Translations under genes and position numbers: made by a program
NCBI RefSeq assembly: GCF_902713615.1
Contig: NC_052171.1
Coordinates: 16,961,952 to 17,025,951 of the forward strand
DNA: 64,000 bases
Source of the DNA: Scyliorhinus canicula
Lineage: Eukaryota
Direction of reading: 5' to 3'
In this document: positions 38,891-51,700 of the stretch, piece by piece
Position numbering within the stretch: the stretch's first letter is position 1
How the letters are laid out: every line of letters begins with the position of its first letter
The notes under the pieces: model-generated
Seen by the model: the letters and a program-made list of their open reading frames with translations, nothing else
Database searches by the model: none
Told to the model about the DNA's origin: nothing

Positions 38891-41800
38891 AACCTGTTTA
38901 ATGGTGGCTTTGACTTTGTCCACGCTTGGTGGGAAAACAAGATCATCTTTGATTGGGACTTGGGGGATTTCCTCAAGCACGTCCTCATCTATAATAGTGA
39001 TATGATTTAGGAGTTCTTTGAAGTGTGCTCTACATTGCAGGCAGATGTTTTCTCTGTCTCTCAAAGAGGTTCCGTCCTTACTCCGCACCGTTTTGAGGCC
39101 CAGGGTGTTGGGTCCATTGGCCTTGGTGAAGCCCTGGGTGTTGTGCTTGTCAATGAGTTGCAGCTTCTTTGCTTTCTGAGTCCACCATCAGTTCTTGATT
39201 TCCCGAACTCTTTGTACCTCTGCCGTGGCTGATTGATGAGCTCTCCAGTTTGCCTTGCTGATTATGTTGTTTTTCCAGGCACGGAGAGCTTTCCTCCTCT
39301 TGTCAATGAGGTCTTGGATGGTGTGGTCATTCTCGTTGAACCTGTCTTGGTGTTTCCTGGTCTTGTAGCTGATGGTTTCTTCATAGTTTGAGATGATGGC
39401 TGTCTTCACCTCTTTCTAGTTTTCCTCCATTCCATGAGAATGAACACTTTGTAGATTTTGGAGAAGATATTGTTGGCAGTTCCCTAATATGCTTGGGTTT
39501 TGAAGTTGCACAACATTGATCTTTTTTCTGTGCTGTTTCTTCATCTTCCACTTCTGGTAGAATTTGACGGACATAGAGGAGTCGATGAACCAGAGATCTA
39601 TCCAGCAGTCATCTGCACTGGTCGTCGCTTTGGTGATGTGGGCATCCTTTGGTCTCCAGGTAGGACGATGTCGAAGTCAATCATGTGCCAGTGCTTTGAT
39701 CGTGGATGTCTCCAGGAAGTCTTGAGCTTGTCTTTTTGGCGGAACAGTGCGTTAGTGATGACAAGTTGGTGTTCCACACATTTGGTGAGCAAGAGAACCC
39801 CTTTGAAGTTGCAATTCCCAACTCCTTCCTGATGGTTTATTTCTCGAGTCGGGAGTTCTTTTCAACCCTCATGTTGAAGTCCCCAAGGAGGATGATTTTA
39901 TCTTCTTCAGGAATGTTGGAGCGTATGGCATCCAGGGTGGAGTAGAAGCCTCTTTGGACTCATCATTGGCATCAAGGGCTGGGGCGTAGGCACTCACAAC
40001 GACCGATGCCTGCTGGTCCATGGCAAGTTGTACATTGAAGGTCATGAGAGTTTGGCCTTGATGGCTGATCCTCGTGTTTTCCTCTCTTTAGGTGGAACAA
40101 GCACCATCTTCCCTCAGCTGCCCATCGTCTGCTCTTCAGGGCTCTTGCAGGGCAGCAAAGTCAGTGTTGGCGCCTGAGTTCACAGCAATAAGGTCCATTC
40201 TTTTTCCAGTCGATTGTTTTGTTCATTATCCATGAGGGTTTGTACATTCCAGGTTCCAAAATTGAGTTTAAATATGGTGAAGAATGGAAAAGCTGGAGGA
40301 GTGGACGGGATTCCAGTGGAGATTTTCAAACTTGGAGGAGGGATCACTGTCATCTCCATCAGCTGTTCCTGAAAACCTGGGATACAGAAGAAATTCCTGC
40401 CGACCTCTGGGATGCCGTCATCGCCACCATCTTCAAAGCAGACTGGGAACGACCGCAGAATCTCCCGACTTTCCATCGGCAAGAGGATCATCGCCCAAAT
40501 TCTGGCAAGCCGCCTTCTCCCAGTATCTGAGGAAAACCTTCTGGAAAGCCAATGTGCCTTCAGCCCAGAACGGGGAACAGCGGACATGATTTTCACTGCT
40601 CGGAACTTCAACACACATGTCAGGAGCAACACCAACCACTCTACAAATTGTCTTCATCGATCTCACCAAGGCTTTTAACTCCATTAATCGAGAAGTGCTA
40701 TGAAAACCCTGTCTGAGGCCAGCTGTCCAGAGAAATTCCTCAGCATCCTCTGCTCCTCCATGACAAGTTGTCGACAACAGTCCTCACTGATCAAAAGAAG
40801 TCAGAAACCTTCACGGTCAAGACTGGAGTCAAGCAGGGATGTGTCATTGCCTCACCCTTTATCCCCATCTTCATTGCCACCATCTTTCACCTTGTCGGGA
40901 ACAAGCTTCCCAGTAGAGTGGACATCATTTACACGATAGATAGAAAATATTTCAACCTCAACCGGTTGAAACCCAAGAAGAAAGCAACACTGACATCGCT
41001 TGTGGAACTTCAGTGTACAGATGATATCGCCACCTCCACTCTCCTAGAAGAGAATCTCCAAGCCATGCTTGACACCTTCATGGAAGCATACCAAACAATC
41101 GGTCTCAGCCTCACCCTCAAAACAACTGCAGTCCTTTACCAACCCGCCCTGGGGCAAGATCCGTTCTATACCTCCATCAAGATCAATGGATCAACCCTCC
41201 CAAATGTTGAACATTTCCCCTACCTGGGAAGCTACCCCTTATCGAAGGCTGATATTCAATTCGCAAGCATCTTTGGTCACCGAAAGACGTGAGTCTGTGA
41301 CGACCGTGACATTGGTGCTGACATTAAGATCCTTGTGTGCAAGGCGACTGTCCTCCCAACTCTTCCATACAGTTCAGAAATTTGGACTGCATACAGACGT
41401 CACCTCAAGGCCCTGGATTGCCACTATCAAAGCTGTCTGATACTGATTCTCCGATTCAGTTGGGAGGACAGGCGTACTAACATCAGGGTCCTTGAAGGAG
41501 CCAAGAGCACCAGCATCGAGGCCATGATCATCTGAAACCATCTTTCAATGGGCTGGCTATGTGCTCAGGAGGTCAGGTGATCTTCTTTGCCCAGCTCATG
41601 GAATGATCCCGAACAAGAGGAGGACAATGGAAGCGTTTCAAAGGCTCACCTCAAGAAATGCAACATAGGTGTCAAAGCCTGGGAGACCCTTGCTCAGAAT
41701 AAATATATTTGGAGAAACCTCTTGACTGAAGAGACACCATTCTTTGAGGACACCCGACTTCACGAGGAGGCCCGGGAAAGCAACCTGAGAATGGAACACC

Positions 41801-41969
41801 AACGATTGAGAGTCCATGGACTGATTTCCACCTCTCGGAAACACCTGCCAAGTGTGTGGCTCTAGGATTGGGCTCGTCAGCCAAACAAGGACCCACAGAA
41901 CCCATGACCAGTCACACAATGCTGTTAGATGGATAATCCTACTCGTTAGCGAGTGATCACCGAAGAAGC
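38891..41969. mobile_element. Decayed, near full-length RTE-clade LINE with an inverted 5' half
   Basis: Minus strand ~40272->38891: NFGTWNV (APE start) through KATIKQ. Plus strand ~40273-41969: KNGKA..DGIP, GVKQGC, degenerate YADD (CTDD), SRIGL zinc-knuckle region and GAAGAAG tail. TSD GTAGGAGCTT / ATGGGAGCTT. Confidence 0.85.
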
Positions 41970-44900
41970 ATGGGAGCTTGCTATGTGTAAATTGGTTGTC
42001 ATGTTTCCTGCATTACAACTGTGACTGCACTTAAAAAAAGAATTTAATTGGCTGTGAAGTACTTGGGGGGGGGGGGAGATGCGAGATGCCACACAAGTAC
42101 AAGTCATTGTTTTGTTCTTTGTAATTCTGCACAAACATAGAGTGACTGTTCTGATAAATTTCTGTAAAATTGTTTTACTGTTGTGTTTCCTCGTAGCCTC
42201 CATTGTGCTGTTCTTTGGGGTACAGTTCTCCGGGTGTTGGCTAATCGCCAGGACCTCACCGTGGGGCCATTATTCAGGCGTGAGTGTCCACATGGCTGGG
42301 TAGATGGGAGACGACAAATGTCGCCAATAGGCTAACTAGGGCAGTCGGTCTTTGGCTGTCTATGATTTTTCACACTATTACAACCACTGACCGTTTATAA
42401 AGTGCTTTTAACACAATAACAACACAAACATTTGACAGGCACCACAAACAGAATGCAGACTTCTCAGGGTGCAGAGTCCTGGAGAACTGGATGTAAAGAT
42501 GAGATTTTAGAGGCATTACATTGAAGATTGCAAGTGGCGGGGAAGTCTTAAGAGATCAGAAATAGGAGCTGGTGAAGGCATTCAGTCCTGCAAACCTTTA
42601 CGACCCTTCAATATGATCTATCTCAACACTATGGCAGCTGTGTCAATCTTTGTGTTGAATATGCCCAAACACTCGCCTTCCACAGCCTTCTGCAGTCGTG
42701 AATTCCAGATTACAAATCTTTCAAAATGTACTCAATTTCATTGCCATCTGAAATATTCTATGAAACTTGCACACTGCCAACTTTTGCTAACTATTTTGTC
42801 AACATTTGTATGCTCATACAAATGTAATGTTTCTGCAATAAGTATTCTGTACTTTTCTTATTCAAAGTTTGACACGTGTGGTGAATATTAAGCAGTTAAG
42901 CGTGGGCACTGGTGCAATGAATGTTTGAGGAATTCCATTCTGAAGTGGCACCAACTCTTTTTGTGGACCTTCATCCAGAATATCTCCCATAACCACCAGG
43001 GTGCAAGGCACAATGAGAGAAAGACAATATTTGGGTTTAGTATATGAACCCATTCAAACCCCCACACTCTCCTCGTGTTATGTCTGCTTGCTTGTGCTTT
43101 TCACGGGTTTCCTGGCTAACCTTTCTTTCCCTCCCCACTGAGGTGTGATGGACATAACTGTAACAATGGTAGGACCACAGTGGAGAGGGAGCCTGCTTGA
43201 TACCACGCACCATTTACCAATGGTGCTCTAGGCATCAAGGCAATTCCTCAGCCTGTCGATTCTCGATCACTGCCAGCTCTCAAAAGGATGTGTGGGGAGA
43301 GAATTTGCTTGCAGTGTTTCTCAGTGCAAAGAAAGACAATTAAATTAACTTGAGTATGTCACCCTCTCTTCACACATTACAGAAACCCACACAAGGATAA
43401 CCTCAGGACTCAAAACGTGCACACCCACACAAACAGCTGCAAAGCTTGGAATCTTTCTGTACAGGAATGACTCACTGCACAGCATAGATTGTGGACAAAA
43501 GGTGGGATCCTTCAAGAAATTACAGTGCAGCTGAAAATCATGCATGTCAGGGTTAGCCAATTCATTTATGTACCATAAGACAAACACTAAGTATTTTTCA
43601 AGGGTGGTATCAGTAGCATTGGAAAGATTGCTGTGTATAATCACAGAATGTTTCCTTTTACCAGGCACTAGACACCCTGAAGTCCCATCCTCTGCTGAAG
43701 ACGGACTCTGCAAGAGTGTGGCCCCATTTGTGCTGGTACCTTGCCCACCTGCCGGCTCTCCATCAGCAAGTATCAGCAGACTATTCAGCCACAGTGGGCA
43801 TCTCAGCTGAGGTTGATCCAGTTTTGACCCAACATGCAGGACATTGCAATTTTACTGGACAGTAATTGGGAGTAGTGATCATTAGAGAACTTAATGTAAC
43901 CACCAAGCCCATGATGATAAATGTTGATGTCTCGAACACAGCGGACAACCTCAGGACTGAACAATGCAGTTGGGTTCAGCTCGGATGGCAAATTGTGTTG
44001 GCATAGGCTACGGAGAATCAAATTCATTAAGGTTCCTGCTTCCAGCTTGCTAGTCAACGAGCAATGCTGGAAAATGCATGTGTTGATTTTGGGTGAAGGT
44101 AGGATAGGTTTATCATATGCGATGCCTTCCATTGGCAATGAGGTTACTGACGCTCAACATAGATTGAGAGATGCAGGATGCTGGCGGAGTTGGGTTCAAC
44201 ACTGAGACCTTTGTTCAAATCTGTCCTAGACTGAAGGTGTAGGCTTTGAAGGCTTTCCTGGAATCACAAATTGTGAAAGTGCAGAAGGAGGCCTTTGAAA
44301 GAGCAAACCAATTGCACCCTCACTGCTGCTCTTTCTCCACAGCCCTGTGCTCGAAGTTCAAGTGTTTAGCCAAATACCCCATGATAGCTGCTGTTGTATC
44401 TGTTCCCGTCACCCATTCAAGGAGTGCATTCCAGGTCACATGGCATTATCTCCACGTGGACTCTCAGTGAATATCTGAAACCTGTGCCCGATGTTGTAAT
44501 TCGCTTGCGACCTCTGTTCAGTTTTAGTGAGTCTGGGCCGAAAAGTGCAAAATTGTTCAATTAAATTGGAAATCTTACTCTGATGTACCCCCGGATGCTG
44601 GGTGTAAGTAAAATGTCATGCCTTTTGCAAAGTGTTGAAGTACGAGGTGGGTAGAAGGAGCTTTACTCTGGACTCGGATGCACCGGACTTGAGCATGTTG
44701 AAATTGAAAAATGTGCAGGCCATGCAAAATAAAAAATTGACAAAGATGTGCGGATTGATCATACCCCTTGGTGTCCTGGAAGTACAGGTTTAGTCGGCTG
44801 GCCATGATCAGTGCTCGGCGGGGATAGGACAGGGGAGTGGGTCTGGATGGAGTGCTCTTTTGGAGGGTCAGTGCAGACTCGATGGGCCAAATGGCCTCCA

Positions 44901-45004
44901 TCTGCACTGTAGGGATTCCATGAACTTTGGTTAATATGGCACCTTTAATGTAGTGAAACTGCCTGAGGTGTTCAGTTGGACTCAACTGACACAGCCATCA
45001 AAGG

Positions 45005-45600
45005 AGATGCAAGGAAAGGCGATGTGCTACTGAGCCTTTATAAGGCTCTGGCTAGGCCCCATTTGGAGTACTGTGTCCAGTTTTGGGCCCCACATCTCAG
45101 GAAGGACATACTGGCACTGGAGCGTGTCCAGCGGAGATTCACACGGATGATCCCTGGAATGGCGGGTCTAACATAAGATGAACGGCTGAGGATCCTGGGA
45201 TTGTATTCATTGGAGTTTAGAAGGTTAAGGGGAGATCTAATAGAAACTTACAAGATAATACATGGCTTAGAAAGGGTGGACGCAAAGAAACTGTTTCCGT
45301 TAGGCGAGGAGACGAGGACCCGTGGGCACAGCCTTAGAATTAGAGGGGGTAAATGCGGAGACATTTCTTCAGCCAGAGAGTGGTGGGCCTGTGGAATTCA
45401 TTGCCGCGGAGTGCAGTGGAGGCCGGGACGCTAAATGGCTTCAAGGCAGAGATAGATAAATTCTTGATGTCGCGAGGAATTAAGGGCTACGGGGAGAATG
45501 CTGGTAGGTGGAGTTGAAATGCCCATCAGCCATGATTGAATGGCGGAGTGGACTCGATGGGCCGAATGGCCTTACTTCCACTCCTATGTCTTATGGTCTT
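45005..45600 (+). mobile_element. CR1 3' fragment
   Basis: LYKALARPHLEYCVQFWAPHLRKD...RRLRGDLIETYK. Confidence 0.85.
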
Positions 45601-46559
45601 AAGTGCTAATGGCTGAAAGCTTGGTCAGAGAGGTGGGCTTTGAGGTGAATTTTAAATCAGGGGGGTGGGGTAAAAGAGTGAAGATACTTAAGGAGGGAAT
45701 GCCACAGCTCAGGGTCTTGGAGCTGAAAGCATGACTGCTCACAGAGTGATTAAAATTGTTGACACTCGAGGCCATGATTAGAGGAGTGCTGAAATCCTGG
45801 GAGGGTAGGGGTGGAGGAAATTATAGGGATAGGTCGCGGAGGATTTGAAAACCAAGGGCAAGAATTTTTGCCTCGGGAAGTTGCTGAACCGAGAGTGACT
45901 GTCGGTCAGTGAGGGAAGTGGCGGGTGCACGGGCCCTGGAGTGAGGTTGGGGGGGCAAACCTTGGATGCCAATGGGCTTTTGGAGGGTTGAGATGAGGAG
46001 AAATTTCTTCACCCAGACGGAGGTCAGCCTGTGGAATTCATAGGTACAAGAAGCAGTTTGGGTGAAGGGAATCAAAGGATATGGGGGGAGGGGGAAGAGG
46101 TGGGATCAAAGGATATGGAAGGGGGAGGATGAAGAAGTGGGGTCAGGCTATTGAGTTGGATGATCAGCCATTATTATGATGAATGGCGGAGCAGGCTCGA
46201 AGGGCTTCCTCCTGTGTCTATGATGGACCCCCAGATGTGGAGGAAGATGTCTTGAAGCAAAGAGGGTTCAGTAGATAGTATTAAAGGGACAATGAGCTGT
46301 GAGCAAGTGTCAGCTTCCTCGGCAAAGGCCACAATGAGGGAGGGAAGAAAGGTCTGTGTTCCCCCAGTGAGCAGGTTGTCTTTTCTCTGCTTCTCGTTTT
46401 CCACGCAGGCTCTCAGACTGAACGGGGGACGGGACGGGGTGGTGTTTTTTTTTGTGAAGTTGTTCTATGAGGCCCTTTAAAAGCCAGGGTGCCTAGAGAA
46501 GGTGTGGGCTGGAAATGATTACGTAAGGTGGATTTTTCAGGAAGTGCACGGTGACCCTG

Positions 46560-46660
46560 CTGTCACACAGCCGCCGCTGGGAGCTGTAGTTTGCAGCAAG
46601 TTCCTGCTGCTTCCTCCCGGCTGCAACACTGCATCTCCCAGAAGCCGGCAGGAGCCCAGG
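46560..46660. promoter_or_regulatory. Candidate promoter of the CPEB-like gene with two ZNF143/SBS-type motifs
   Basis: ACTACAGCTCCCAGC on minus (46576-46590) and ACTGCATCTCCCAGAAGCC on plus (46628-46646), in a GC-rich, repeat-free segment upstream of the first coding exon. Confidence 0.5.
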
Positions 46661-48043
46661 CCAGGCTGGGCTGGCTGCAGAGGGCAGGAGGTGGGCAGCT
46701 CAGGGGCAAACACCTCCCAACCTCAGGGGTTTGCCCAGCTGGGAGGGAGGGAGTGAGCTGCAGCCAGCAGAGTGTGCAATGGGGGTGACCATCGTGCCAA
46801 CATGGGCAAGGGCTGGCTGGCTGCCCCTCCACAGCTACCCACTTACCACCACCACAAGAGGCATCTTGCAGACACCCCAGTGGGGCGGGCTGGGAGCCGG
46901 GGGGGATCTTTGCAACTGGCACAGCATGTAGCCCGACAGAGCCCAATGCCCAATCCACAGGGCGAGCATGAACCACCCGGCTGGCTCTTCAACCACGTGG
47001 GCCCTCACACCCAACCACGCATTCTCAGCAAGGGGGAAACCATTGAGGGGCAACATGAAGACATGTTTGGGCACACATCCCGAGCATCCCCTGCTTTACA
47101 TTGCAGATTTCCAGACACCCCCCCCCAAGGATGAGGGATGCTGAGGGGATGAGATTCAGCCTAACAAAGGGCAGCACGGAGCCGAGGGGCCGAATGGGCT
47201 GCGCCGTGACTAGTCTGCAGGCTGACGTGTTTGGGAACTCTCTGACCTCCACATTTACAACAAACTTTCATTCAAGAAGAAGCTGTTTTGCTGCCCCCAC
47301 CCCCAGTTTGTTGAGGGGTGTGTGTTGAGGGGGTGTATGGACAAAAGAGGATTTATTAATTTAATAAAGACATGATTAGCCATTGATGATCCCTGTTCAC
47401 AAAGAGCTGGGAAGTAGCAGTGGGAGGGGGAGAGGGAGGTCCAGGGGGAAGGACACACACACACACACACAGAGGGAGGGGGTTTAATACGCAATCTGCA
47501 AACCGGAGCCAGATTCCCTGCGCAAGTCAGGTGCAGGAATGGAAAAAAAAAATAGAGAGAGAGAGAAAAAAAAATGTGGAGCAACCAGAATGCTTCGGAG
47601 TGTCAGAGCTTCAGTTCCGGAGTAAAGCGGCGATGAGCAGGTCATTAAACAGCATCTTGTGATCTTGTTCCATTTTGATGTGATCGATCAGGAGCTGAGG
47701 AGGAGGCAGACAGGGAAGCACACACACCACACACACACACCACCCAGAAAGGGGGGGGTTTAGTCTGGGACCTCCGAGCTTGTGTTGTTGCTGCTTTGGT
47801 TGGAAGGGACGTGTTTTGTGTGCAGCTGGGCTGTGCAGAGTTGGGGCGTCTCAGCTACTCTCTCCCTGCCTCACATTCGCTGCGCTGGCTTAGACAGGGC
47901 TGGGCTGGGCTGGGCTATCGCCAACCCAAGCCGCCACATCTCTTCTTTTTTTTTATTTTTATTTTTCCGTCTCCTGTGGATTGTAATCCCCCCCCCCCCC
48001 CCCCCCCCCCAAAAAAAAATCCCTCCCCTTTGCTAATCCAGTC

Positions 48044-48772
48044 ATGCTCCAGAATGACACGAAAAGGCAATCAGTTTGCTGCCCCTATCTGGAGCAGAAC
48101 CTGGAGTCCTTGAAAAGTCCTGAGGTCAGCACTGGGGATGGGACTTCCCAGCTGGACTGCCCACCTGCCCCCCCCACCGGCTTGGTTCTGCAAGATCAAG
48201 GGGGCAGCACCTCGACGCTGAGCGCCCTAGGGTGGTCGACCGGCCAGACCAGTGACGAAAGCCTTCTGCAACAGGGGGTCCTGCCGACTGCGATGTTGTT
48301 ACCAAAGATGGTCCACCTGGGGCCTCTCTTTGGAGGGACATTCCCCTCGGTGCAGCAGATGGGGTTGTCGCAGCAGCAGCAGCAACAGCAGCACAGGAGG
48401 TCACCGCTCAGCCACCATCCTCACCAGGGGACCTTCTCTCAGAGGAACAACTTCAGTCCACAGCAGCAAACCTTCAGGGCCCTCAACTGGGGCAGCCATC
48501 AGCACCAGAGTGGTGGAGGGGGTGGTGGTGGTGGCGGCGGCGGCGGCTGGGGCAGCGTCACCAATAACTGCGGCAGGGGATTGAGAAGATCGGCTGGAGT
48601 AATGGGCGTCTCGAACTCAATTCCTACCTGCTCCTCCAAGAGGTCCTACTCCAGTCACATGATGGTGCCCCCTAAACTAAATCGAGGCCGGCCAGCATTA
48701 GCTCCAAAATCCTGGATGGAGGAGAATCCGTTGAGGACGGACGGGAACAGCAATTGGCTGCCTCATCAACAG
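48044..48772 (+). CDS. CPEB2/3/4-subfamily (CPEB3-like) first coding exon: low-complexity N-terminus with polyQ and polyG
   Basis: 243 codons. Motifs PLFGGTFP, RRSP and PPK...KSWMEENPLRTDGNSNWLP match the CPEB3 N-terminal exon (PVFGGTFSP, RRSP, PPK...KSWMEDNAFRTDNGNNLLP). Phase-0 donor CAG|GTAAGC. Confidence 0.85.
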
Positions 48773-51700
48773 GTAAGCCACTTTGTAATTATGGAAATTT
48801 AACAATGTGGTGGAAAATACTTGTGTTATTACTCTTTTAGAACAAGAAATCAGGGCAGGAGTAAGTGTTCCAGCCTACTGATCTCCTTTCATTCCAAATC
48901 CTTACAATTTCCGCGTACCCCTTAATTTCCCCATCTTGGCTCAGTCTGTTCAAGATTTGAGATCATTGGAGTGTTGGGCAGTAAACAAGCGGAGCCCTCT
49001 GAGGTAGAGAATTCCCAAGGTTCACAACCTTCTGAGTGAAGACATTTTCTCTTCATTTCAGTCTCAGATGGCCAGTCTTGTATCTTGACATCTAGAAGCC
49101 TATTTCTTGATTCCCTGGCCAGAGGGAAATATCATCCCCGCCATCTACCCTCTGAAGGCCCCAAAGATATTTTGTGATTGACTGAGGTGACCTTGTTGTT
49201 TTAAAGTTCTGGGAATGCAGGCCCAATCTGTCCTGTCTCTCCTTATCGGCCAATGGCCCTCACAGAATCAGGATTGTTACAGCGCTGAGGGTGACCAGCC
49301 AGCCCATCGTATCTGCACCAGCTCTCTGAATGAGCATTTCACTGAGTGCTGCTTATCCCACGAGCAAGTCCAGTGAACCTTCATTGCATTCGCTCCAGTC
49401 CTTACCTAAGGTCTCTGCTCCATGCACATTCGCCTCATGACCTAGTCAGAACTTAATTACTCAGCACTGTGGGGTGGGGGGTTGGGGCAGCTTTGGGTTC
49501 TATCTCATGAGCAGGATTTGGGGAGCACAGTGGATGTGAGGGAAGGGGGGATGGTCGGTAGGGGAGAGAGTTGTCAGCACCACTTCCTACTTTAGCCACG
49601 TCTGGTCCCCTGCTCTGCTTGGAAAATGCAACAGCGGACATTTACAGTGAAGGCAGGATGGGGGGTGGGCTCAGATGTCATTTCTGCTCACCCCCTTCTC
49701 AAATGTAAATATGCATTTCAGCACGCCAACTTAATTCCGGGGTGTATTTATATTATTACATGGAGTGCAGCAAATATTTACCCAGTCTGCTTTTTTAAAA
49801 TTCACATCATACCTCTCCAGAGTTTATTGTCATGTTGCCCCAGAACCTTCCACGATCTCTGGCATCCTGCACATCCCTGATTTTTAACTGCTCCACCACC
49901 AGCAGCCATGCCTCCAGAGGCCTTGCCTGAACCTGTGATTTCCTCCCTAAACCTCTCTGCCTCTCTCTCTCTCTACTGTTTGAACATTGCTTAAAACCTG
50001 CCTCTTTGGCCTAGTTGCTGATCACCTGCCCTGATATCTCCCTTTCTGCCTTGCTATCAAAATTCTGTTTGCTCACCCTCCAGCAAGGTGGTGTGGGGGG
50101 GGGGGGGGGGGGACATTCTGCTGCTTTCAAGGTGCTATAGAAATGCAAGTTGTTGTTGTTTCCATAAATGAAAAGAAAGGTAGACTGAGTGAATAGAAGT
50201 GGAGCAGCAGCTTCAGCACAGCCTGTCTGGTTTCTATCTGAAGCACTAACCTGTCCTAGCTCTGTTCAGCTGTTGGTGGATCTGCAGCCTGTCAAGCATT
50301 TTCTGGGGTTCTTACAGATTTTGCAGGGTTCTGTATTTTTAAAAAAAATTGTAAGTGTGTGGAAGAGAGTTCTGAGCTGTCTGTTTTAGCTGGCTCTCAT
50401 TCCCTGAAGTAAAGGGATGGATTGATATTATTGTATTTTGTTTTTGAAGGCCTTAAACCTGGACTAAGATATCACTCTGGCTTGCGATGCTGGGGAACAA
50501 ATTGGAGGGCTGCAGATTGTTTATCCTTGTAAACCTCGTTGAACTGGTGGGCAAAGCAGGCTGAAATTAGCAGAAGGACATTTGCAGAAGTGGCACGGTT
50601 TTGGGAGCTGTGACCTTTTTTTGAGGTCCAGGGTAACTGTGCACAGACCATGTGGGGAAAATGGAGGAAGTACTGGTGAAGGATCAGCTAAGAGGCTGGA
50701 CCCCAATCGGGTTCAGCCCCCCCCATTAACGGGGGAGGAGGTGGTTCACTGGGAGCAACCAGAATCTCCGGATGTAGAGAAGGTTGCTGAGATATGAACA
50801 TAGAAAAATACAGCACAGAACAGGCCCTTTGGCCCACGATGTTGTGCCGAACTTCTGTCCTCGATTAAGAACAAAGTAATCCACATCCCCTCATTCTACC
50901 GTAATCCATGTACCTACATGGGTATAATCTGACTGTGATCATCTACCCTTCTCATTCCTTCTGGCACAAGATGCCCTCCCACGTTGTTGAAAATGGGCAG
51001 CTTGTGTTATAACTTGCAGATTTGGCCTCGCAGAAACATTTTCAGCAATGTCTGCTTCGTAAATGAAAACAGAAAACCTGTTTCTCTCTCCGCTGATGCT
51101 GCCTTGCCCGTGTATTTCCAGCACTTTCTGGGGTTTTTTTTTTGTTCTCCATTTCTGGCATTATGCTTTTCGATTAGTGCCTTTTTACGAATTGGTTCCA
51201 GGTCAGCCGGCCGCCTTGAAAGGGGAGTGGGGGGGTGTCTTGGAATGCTGGCAATCTGACATACATTTACTTTGTCGTTTCCTTTCCTTGCATCTTGCTG
51301 AGTTGATTGGAAGGTGCTGCGGGTGATTCATGGGGACAGGTAGCTAAATGTCCTGTGGCTCGGCCACACATTCCCTTTTGCAAACTGTGAGCGGACTGGA
51401 TGCAGGGTTGTTGTTTCCCTGGCTGGGGCAGGGGGAGGGAGGTCTAGGACAAGGCCAGTCACTGTCTCGGGGCGTAGGCCATTTGGGACTGAGATAAGGA
51501 GAAACCTCTTTACTCAGAGGGTTGGTGAACCTGTGGAATTCTCTACCTCAGAAGGCTGTGGGGGCCAAGTCATTCAATACATTTGAGAAGGTTACAGATT
51601 CGTAGACTCTGAAAGGGACAGGGGGAGAGCGCGGGAGTGTGGGTGTTGAGATCGAGGATCTGCCGTGATCATGTTGAATGGCGGAGCAGACCCAAAGGGA

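Noticed and set aside
46502-47328. Overlapping GC-rich ORFs upstream of the CPEB-like gene
   Set aside because: No recognisable homology or splice support; open frames are expected in GC-rich promoter/UTR sequence.
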